Assembly (NCBI GenBank): GCA_964016885.1
Contig: OZ024761.1
Location: 10,230,001 to 10,294,000, forward strand
Source of the DNA: Eledone cirrhosa
Taxonomy: Eukaryota
DNA: 64,000 nt
Reading direction: 5' to 3'
This document shows, one piece after another, positions 56,801 through 64,000 of the stretch (positions are counted from its first letter, which is position 1; the number at the start of each line of letters is the position of its first letter). Below the pieces are notes generated by a model that was given only the letters and a program-made list of their open reading frames with translations, was not told the origin of the DNA and made no database searches. Both the position numbers and the translations under genes were made by a program.

Positions 56801-59800
56801 AAATACTCCCAACAAGAACCACTCTCTTTAAATACTCCCAACAAGAGCCACTCTCTTTAAATACTCCCAACAAGAACCACTCTCTTTAAATACTCCCAAC
56901 AAGAGCCACTCTCTTTAAATACTCCCAACAAGAGCCACTCTCTTTAAATACTCTCAACGAGAGCCACTCTCTTTAAATACTTCCAACAAGAACCACTCTC
57001 TTTAAATACTCTCAACAAGAGCCACTCTCTTTAAATACTCTCAACAAGAGCCACTCTCTTTAAATACTCCCAACGAGAGCCACTCTCTTTAAATACTCCC
57101 AACGAGAGCCACTCTCTTTAAATACTCCCAACAAGAGCCACTCTCTTTAAATACTCCCAACGAGAGCCACTCTTTTTAAATACTCTCAACAAGAGCCACT
57201 CTCTTTAAATACTCCCAACAAGAGCCACTCTCTTTAAATACTCCCAACGAGAGCCACTCTCTTTAAATACTCTCAACGAGAGCCACTCTCTTTAAATACT
57301 CCCAACGGGAGCCACTCTCTTTAAATACTCCCAACGAGAGCCACTCTTTTTAAATACTCTCAACAAGAGCCACTCTCTTTAAATACTCCCAACGAGAGCC
57401 ACTCTCTTTAAATACTCCCAACGAGAGCCACTCTCTTTAAATACTCTCAACGAGAGCCACTCTCTTTAAATACTCTCAACAAGAGCCACTCTCTTTAAAT
57501 ACTCCCAACAAGAGCCACTCTCTTTAAATACTCCCAACAAGAGCCACTCTCTTTAAATACTCCCAACAAGAGCCACTCTCTTTAAATACTCTCAACGAGA
57601 GCCACTCTCTTTAAATACTCTCAACAAGAGCCACTCTCTTTAAATACTCCCAACAAGAGCCACTCTCTTTAAATACTCTCAACGAGAGCCACTCTCTTTA
57701 AATACTCCCAACAAGAGCCACTCTCTTTAAATACTCCCAACAAGAGCCACTCTCTTTAAATACTTCCAACGAGAGTCACTCTCTTTAAATACTCTCAACG
57801 AGAGCCACTCTCTTTAAATACTCCCAACAAGAGCCACTCTCTTTAAATACTCCCAACGAGAGCCACTCTCTTTAAATACTCCCAACGAGAGCCACTCTCT
57901 TTAAATACTCCCAACAAGAGCCACTCTCTTTAAATACTCCCAACAAGAGCCACTCTCTTTAAATACTCCCAACAAGAACCACTCTCTTTAAATACTTCCA
58001 ACGAGAGTCACTCTCTTTAAATACTCTCAACGAGAGTCACTCTCTTTAAATACTCCCAACAAGAGCCACTCTCTTTAAATACTCCCAACAAGAGCCACTC
58101 TCTTTAAATACTCTCAACAAGAACCACTCTCTTTAAATACTTCCAACGAGAGTCACTCTCTTTAAATACTTCCAACGAGAGCCACTCTCTTTAAATACTC
58201 CCAACGAGAGCCACTCTCTTTAAATACTCCCAACGAGAGCCACTCTCTTTAAATACTCCCAACGAGAGCCACTCTCTTTAAATACTCCCAACGAGAGCCA
58301 CTCTCTTTAAATACTCCCAACGAGAGCCACTCTCTTTAAATACTCCCAACAAGAGCCACTCTCTTTAAATACTCCCAACGAGAGCCACTCTTTTTAAATA
58401 CTCTCAACAAGAGCCACTCTCTTTAAATACTCCCAACAAGAGCCACTCTCTTTAAATACTCTCAACGAGAGCCACTCTCTTTAAATACTCCCAACGGGAG
58501 CCACTCTCTTTAAATACTCCCAACGAGAGCCACTCTTTTTAAATACTCTCAACAAGAGCCACTCTCTTTAAATACTCCCAACGAGAGCCACTCTCTTTAA
58601 ATACTCCCAACGAGAGCCACTCTCTTTAAATACTCTCAACGAGAGCCACTCTCTTTAAATACTCTCAACAAGAGCCACTCTCTTTAAATACTCCCAACAA
58701 GAGCCACTCTCTTTAAATACTCCCAACAAGAGCCACTCTCTTTAAATACTCCCAACAAGAGCCACTCTCTTTAAATACTCCCAACGAGAGCCACTCTCTT
58801 TAAATACTCCCAACAAGAGCCACTCTCTTTAAATACTCTCAACAAGAGCCACTCTCTTTAAATACTCCCAACAAGAGCCACTCTCTTTAAATACTCCCAA
58901 CAAGAACCACTCTCTTTAAATACTCCCAACAAGAGCCACTCTCTTTAAATACTCCCAACGAGAGCCACTCTCTTTAAATACTCCCAACGAGAGCCACTCT
59001 CTTTAAATACTCCCAACAAGAGCCACTCTCTTTAAATACTCTCAACAAGAGCCACTCTCTTTAAATACTCCCAACGAGAGCCACTCTCTTTAAATACTCC
59101 CAACAAGAGCTACTCTCTTTAAATACTCTCAACAAGAGCCACTCTCTTTAAATACTCTCAACAAGAGCCACTCTCTTTAAATACTCCCAACAAGAGCCAC
59201 TCTCTTTAAATACTCCCAACAAGAGCCACTCTCTTTAAATACTCTCAACGAGAGCCACTCTCTTTAAATACTCTCAACAAGAGCCACTCTCTTTAAATAC
59301 TCCCAACGAGAGCCACTCTCTTTAAATACTCTCAACGAGAGCCACTCTCTTTAAATACTCTCAACAAGAGCCACTCTCTTTAAATACTCCCAACGAGAGC
59401 GACTCTCTTTAAATACTCCCAACGAGAGCCACTCTCTTTAAATACTCTCAACGAGAACCACTCTCTTTAAATACTCCCAACAAGAGCCACTCTCTTTAAA
59501 TACTCTCAACGAGAGCCACTCTCTTTAAATACTCTCAACAAGAGCCACTCTCTTTAAATACTCTCAACGAGAGCCACTCTCTTTAAATACTCCCAACAAG
59601 AGCCACTCTCTTTAAATACTCTCAACGAGAGCCACTCTCTTTAAATACTCTCAACAAGAGCCACTCTCTTTAAATACTCCCAACATGAGCCACTCTCTTT
59701 AAATACTCTCAACAAGAACCACTCTCTTTAAATACTCTCAACAAGAGCCACTCTCTTTAAATACTCTCAACAAGAGCCACTCTCTTTAAATACTCTCAAC

Positions 59801-61751
59801 AAGAACCACTCTCTTTAAATACTCCCAACAAGAGCCACTCTCTTTAAATACTCCCAACAAGAACCACTCTCTTTAAATACTCTCAACAAGAGCCACTCTC
59901 TTTAAATACTCTCAACAAGAGCCACTCTCTTTAAATACTCTCAACATGAGCCACTCTCTTTAAATACTCTCAACAAGAACCACTCTCTTTAAATACTCCC
60001 AACAAGAGCCACTCTCTTTAAATACTCCCAACAAGAACCACTCTCTTTAAATACTCCCAACAAGAGCCACTCTCTTTAAATACTCCCAACAAGAACCACT
60101 CTCTTTAAATACTCCCAACAAGAGCCACTCTCTTTAAATACTCCCAACAAGAGCCACTCTCTTTAAATACTCTCAACGAGAGCCACTCTCTTTAAATACT
60201 TCCAACAAGAACCACTCTCTTTAAATACTCTCAACAAGAGCCACTCTCTTTAAATACTCTCAACAAGAGCCACTCTCTTTAAATACTCCCAACGAGAGCC
60301 ACTCTCTTTAAATACTCCCAACGAGAGCCACTCTCTTTAAATACTCCCAACAAGAGCCACTCTCTTTAAATACTCCCAACGAGAGCCACTCTTTTTAAAT
60401 ACTCTCAACAAGAGCCACTCTCTTTAAATACTCCCAACAAGAGCCACTCTCTTTAAATACTCCCAACGAGAGCCACTCTCTTTAAATACTCTCAACGAGA
60501 GCCACTCTCTTTAAATACTCCCAACGGGAGCCACTCTCTTTAAATACTCCCAACGAGAGCCACTCTTTTTAAATACTCTCAACAAGAGCCACTCTCTTTA
60601 AATACTCCCAACGAGAGCCACTCTCTTTAAATACTCCCAACGAGAGCCACTCTCTTTAAATACTCTCAACGAGAGCCACTCTCTTTAAATACTCTCAACA
60701 AGAGCCACTCTCTTTAAATACTCCCAACAAGAGCCACTCTCTTTAAATACTCCCAACAAGAGCCACTCTCTTTAAATACTCCCAACAAGAGCCACTCTCT
60801 TTAAATACTCTCAACGAGAGCCACTCTCTTTAAATACTCTCAACAAGAGCCACTCTCTTTAAATACTCCCAACAAGAGCCACTCTCTTTAAATACTCCCA
60901 ACGAGAGCCACTCTCTTTAAATACTCCCAACGAGAGCCACTCTCTTTAAATACTCCCAACAAGAGCCACTCTCTTTAAATACTCTCAACAAGAGCCACTC
61001 TCTTTAAATACTCCCAACAAGAGCCACTCTCTTTAAATACTCTCAACAAGAGCCACTCTCTTTAAATACTCCCAACAAGAGCCACTCTCTTTAAATACTC
61101 TCAACAAGAGCCACTCTCTTTAAATACTCTCAACAAGAGCCACTCTCTTTAAATACTCCCAACAAGAGCCACTCTCTTTAAATACTCTCAACAAGAGCCA
61201 CTCTCTTTAAATACTCTCAACGAGAGCCACTCTCTTTAAATACTCCCAACGAGAGCCACTCTCTTTAAATACTCTCAACAAGAGCCACTCTATTTAAATA
61301 CTCCCAACGAGAGCCACTCTATTTAAATACTCCCAACGAGAGCCACTCTCTTTAAATACTCTCAACAAGAGCCACTCTCTTTAAATACTCCCAACAAGAG
61401 CCACTCTCTTTAAATACTCTCAACAAGAGCCACTCTCTTTAAATACTCTCAACGAGAGCCACTCTCTTTAAATACTCCCAACGAGAGCCACTCTCTTTAA
61501 ATACTCTCAACAAGAGCCACTTTATTTAAATACTCCCAACGAGAGCCACTCTATTTAAATACTCCCAACGAGAGCCACTCTCTTTAAATACTCTCAACAA
61601 GAGCCACTCTCTTTAAATACTCCCAACAAGAGCCACTCTCTTTAAATACTCTCAACGAGAGCCACTCTCTTTAAATACTCCCAACGAGAGCCACTCTCTT
61701 TAAATACTCTCAACAAGAGCCACTCTCTTTAAATACTCCCAACGAGAGCCA
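41830..61751. repeat. Right-hand satellite domain with five copies of a 3.2-3.9 kb-scale higher-order block
   Basis: The GAGCGACT variant occurs at 42671, 46121, 49977, 56182 and 59401 (spacings 3450, 3856, 6205, 3219). Each is followed by two AACATGAG monomers. Confidence 0.85.
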
Positions 61752-61811
61752 AATAGAAAAGTGGTTCCTCAGAGCGGTGGGAGTTCAGCAAGAATGTCTC
61801 ATACCATCCAC

Positions 61812-61884
61812 ACTACAATAATTACAACAACAACAACTTTAATAACTACAGCAGCAGCAGCAGCACAACAACAACAATAACTAC
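61812..61884. repeat. Compound (ACA)n/(CAG)n microsatellite
   Basis: acaacaacaacaac...cagcagcagcagcagcacaacaacaac. Confidence 0.85.
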
Positions 61885-62020
61885 ATCTCCCCCCCCTCTC
61901 CCCACCCACCCCTACTATTCTCCCCCCCTCTCTCTCCGACACCATACGACCTTCCTACAATGTCTGTCTTAGGATCAGGAAATATAGTCTTCCATGTGCC
62001 AAGAATGTTGGATCCTTGGT

Positions 62021-62405
62021 GAGAGGGGGGGGGGGGGGAGATACATATATATAGAGAGAAAAAGAGAGAGAGATATTGTGGAGATAGATATAGAGGGTGT
62101 AGATAAATAGAGAGGAAAAGAGAGAGGGTGATAGAGAAGGAGAGGGAGGGTGATAGAGAAGGAGAGAGAGAGGGGGGATAGATAGATAGATAGAGAGTGT
62201 GTGTGAAGATAGATATAGAAAGAAGGGTGATGAGTGGAAGAGAGATATAGAGAAAGGGGCAGAAATAGGGGAGAGGAAGAGAGAGAGAGGGAGAGAAGGT
62301 AGAGATAAAGAGTGGGAGAGAGGAACAGAAAGAGAGAGAGCGAGGAGTGATGAGGGGGAGAGAGAGAGTGTGTGTGTGTGGAGAGAGATAGAGAAAGGAA
62401 CAGGG
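62021..62405. repeat. Poly-G run followed by (GA)n/(GATA)n purine-rich low-complexity tract
   Basis: G-run near 62025-62038, then degenerate GA, GATA and GGA repeats. Confidence 0.9.
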
Positions 62406-62492
62406 AGAGCCAGCTGCACTTTAGACGTTGCAGGAATGATAATTGATGAACCGCGTGTTGTGTTTGTCAAGAAACAGCAACAGTTGTGAATA

Positions 62493-62812
62493 GTGTGTGT
62501 ATGTATATGTATATATATATGTGTGTGTATATATATATATATATGTATATGTATGTATATATATATGTATGTATATATATATGTGTATGTATATATATAT
62601 GTGTGATATGCATATGTATGATCATACATACACGCATATATATATATATATAGACACACACACGCATACACACGTGTGCATCGTGTGTATATATATATAT
62701 ATATATATAGATATAGACACACACACGCATACACAGATGTGTGCATCGTGTGTATATATATATATACATATATATACATATATATATATGCATGCACGTA
62801 TGTGTGTGTGTG
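62493..62812. repeat. Compound (TA)n/(TG)n/(CA)n microsatellite containing a 40-bp local duplication
   Basis: Alternating purine-pyrimidine tract. TAGACACACACACGCATACACA..GTGTGCATCGTGTGTAT occurs at 62651 and 62714. Confidence 0.92.
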
Positions 62813-62829
62813 TTACAGTAGAAGAGTAA

Positions 62830-63200
62830 CAGCGGTGGTGGGAGGGGGTCGTAATAGCTGTGTTATGAGAAGGGGGAGGGTGGCAAATTTACGTAACAGG
62901 AGGGGGAGGAGTAATAGCAGAGTGCTATGACTGGGTGGTAGACGATGAGGTGAAGTAAGAGGAGAGAGAGAGAGCAAAGACAGTAAAGGTGGTGACGACA
63001 GTATAGATAGAGTAAAAAGACTACAATTGGTGGGAGGGGGGTGCAGGTAGAGGGAGAAAGGGTGTTTCTTTACTTCGATATAGAGATGTTGGTGGTGGCG
63101 GAGGAGGATGTGGTTGAATTGGTGGTTATTGTGGTGATGGTGGTGGGGAGGTTGGTCGTAGTGTGGAAGGTGGATGTATCGGTGGTAGTGGGGGGTAGGG
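62830..63200. repeat. G-rich low-complexity region with degenerate (GGT)n/(GGA)n repeats
   Basis: ggtggtggcggaggagg, ggtggttattgtggtgatggtggtgggg and several short G-runs. Confidence 0.6.
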
Positions 63201-63204
63201 ATTA

Positions 63205-63278
63205 CCGACAGACGGGATTCCTTGCGGTATTTGTTCCGTCCCTTTACGTTCTGTGTTCAAGCTCTGTCGTGAGCTACG
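63205..63278 (+). mobile_element. Probable decayed fragment of a tRNA-derived SINE
   Basis: GCGGTATTTGTTCCGTCCCTTTACGTTCTGTGTTCAA contains a B-box-like GTTCAA at 63255-63260. It resembles, from memory and not from a search, the head of an abundant octopus SINE (GCGGTATTTCGTCCGTCTTTACGTTCTGAGTTCAAAT). Confidence 0.5.
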
Positions 63279-63311
63279 TGGATGGTAGACCCAATCCGTC
63301 GCCCGTGGTTA

Positions 63312-63538
63312 ACACCACCATTACCACCACCACCACTACTACTACCATTACCACCACCACCACTACTACTACCATTACCACCACCACCACCACTACTACC
63401 ATTACCACCACCACCACCACTACTACCATTACCACCACCACCACTACTACTACCATTACCACCACCACCATTACCACCACCACCACCACTACTACCATTA
63501 CCACCACCACCAACACCACTACTACTACCACTACCACC
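63312..63538. repeat. (ACC/ACT)n microsatellite with a 27-bp super-period marked by ATT
   Basis: The unit ATTACCACCACCACCACTACTACTACC and its variants occur about 8 times, including shorter copies. Confidence 0.95.
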
Positions 63539-63715
63539 TGGCCTTCAGTGCCTCTAGGAGAGGGCACTCTGTTGCAAGCATTCGAGACAGGTCTCCGGTT
63601 TGAAGGTACTTTCCCCTACCTTCACTCCCACCAGTCTCGGAAACCCTGAAGAGGGTCACGTGCCACTGCTCTTTCCTTCCTCTCTTCCGCCATAGTGACA
63701 CTGTTGGAGGGACCT

Positions 63716-64000
63716 TTACATTAAAGGTAGCAGTCCATTGGACTCAATTCGGAGAAGTAGCGGCTCTGTCTGGAGTGACTCTCTGATCTCCGAGCTACGC
63801 ACTCTATCGAGTAACGGTACTCCAAAGACCCTTCGGAGGAATCCCATTCCGGCCGCTTCTATTTGCGATCGTATTCTTTCGGTCATTACCCAAGATTCAT
63901 AACCATAAGCAAGGGTTGACACGAATACCGAATTGAAGATAGCTAGTTTGACTTTTACGCCTACCTCTTTTCTTCTGATTACCGATTGCTGAAGCTGGCA
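63716..64000 (-). mobile_element. RTE-clade non-LTR retrotransposon (Rex3/Expander-like) ORF fragment, from the region C-terminal to the RT core; runs off the right edge
   Basis: The frame is open from the window edge: CQLQQSVIRRKEVGVKVKLAIFNSVFVSTLAYGYESWVMTERIRSQIEAAGMGFLRRVFGVPLLDRVRSSEIRESLQTEPLLLRIES. This matches the RTE pattern KL.I..S.....L.YG.E.W..T......I.A.EM.FLRR..G..L.DRVRS...RE.L..EPLL..IE. Similarity ends near 63740, before the expected LRW.GH motif. Confidence 0.9.

Larger units (their letters stand above)
1..61751. repeat. 29-bp tandem satellite array, about 2,130 copies, head-to-tail, truncated by the left window edge
   Basis: The monomer CACTCTCTTTAAATACTCCCAACGAGAGC repeats continuously. 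Two common polymorphisms are CTCCC/CTCTC and AACGAG/AACAAG, plus rare substitutions and 1-5 bp indels. The TAA in TTTAAA on both strands, with a period not divisible by 3, closes all six frames. No non-satellite insertion or inversion was seen. Confidence 0.99.

Noticed and set aside
1-61751. CRISPR array (29-bp repeat with a weak hairpin)
   Set aside because: Repeats are directly adjacent with no unique spacers, there are no cas genes, and the flank is eukaryotic.
1-61751. Repetitive protein-coding gene, or information encoded in the order of variants
   Set aside because: TAA stops recur in all six frames about every 87 bp. The order of variants is explained by block duplication.
1-61751. 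Telomerase-type telomeric repeat, or nucleosome-tuned period (5x29=145, 6x29=174)
   Set aside because: The unit is not a canonical telomere repeat, and inherited variant blocks indicate recombinational copying. The nucleosome arithmetic has no support, since no fixed 5-mer or 6-mer period was seen.
61886-62040. Terminal inverted repeats of a MITE (C-run and G-run pair)
   Set aside because: The complementarity comes only from homopolymer and CT/GA simple sequence, and no target-site duplication is evident.
61955-62930. ORFs of 280, 96, 108, 110 and 84 aa
   Set aside because: They are translations of (TA)n, (TG)n and (GA)n microsatellites (YI, SL and ER runs) with no domain signal.
63041-63649. 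Thr-rich mucin-like 202-aa ORF and overlapping poly-Pro and poly-Val ORFs
   Set aside because: The frames are open because the (ACC/ACT)n tract lacks stops. The ORF starts at GTG, crosses a probable SINE relic and has no supporting gene structure.
63630-63700. Hammerhead ribozyme core (CTGAAGA at about 63646)
   Set aside because: There is no stem II followed by GAAA in the required arrangement.

Overview
Eukaryotic, non-coding window. About 96% (1-61751) is one uninterrupted, single-orientation tandem array of roughly 2,130 copies of a 29-bp monomer, CACTCTCTTTAAATACTC(C/T)CAAC(G/A)AGAGC, which runs off the left edge. Rare diagnostic variants show the array is a nested mosaic of recent duplications: a 58-bp dimer, blocks of 232, 290 and 609 bp, a 2,170-bp tandem copy, units of about 3.2-3.9 kb and 4.46 kb, a 9.5-9.7 kb tandem copy, and copies offset by 13.5-15 kb. 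Left and right domains carry different variant sets. The array stops abruptly at 61751. The 2.25-kb flank holds microsatellites, a probable decayed tRNA-type SINE fragment, two hairpins next to an (ACC/ACT)n tract, and a minus-strand RTE-clade (Rex3/Expander-like) LINE ORF fragment that runs off the right edge. No host gene, CRISPR array or clearly novel protein-coding system is supported. The points of interest are the satellite architecture and its mutational history. All offsets were read by eye from marker positions and should be confirmed computationally.
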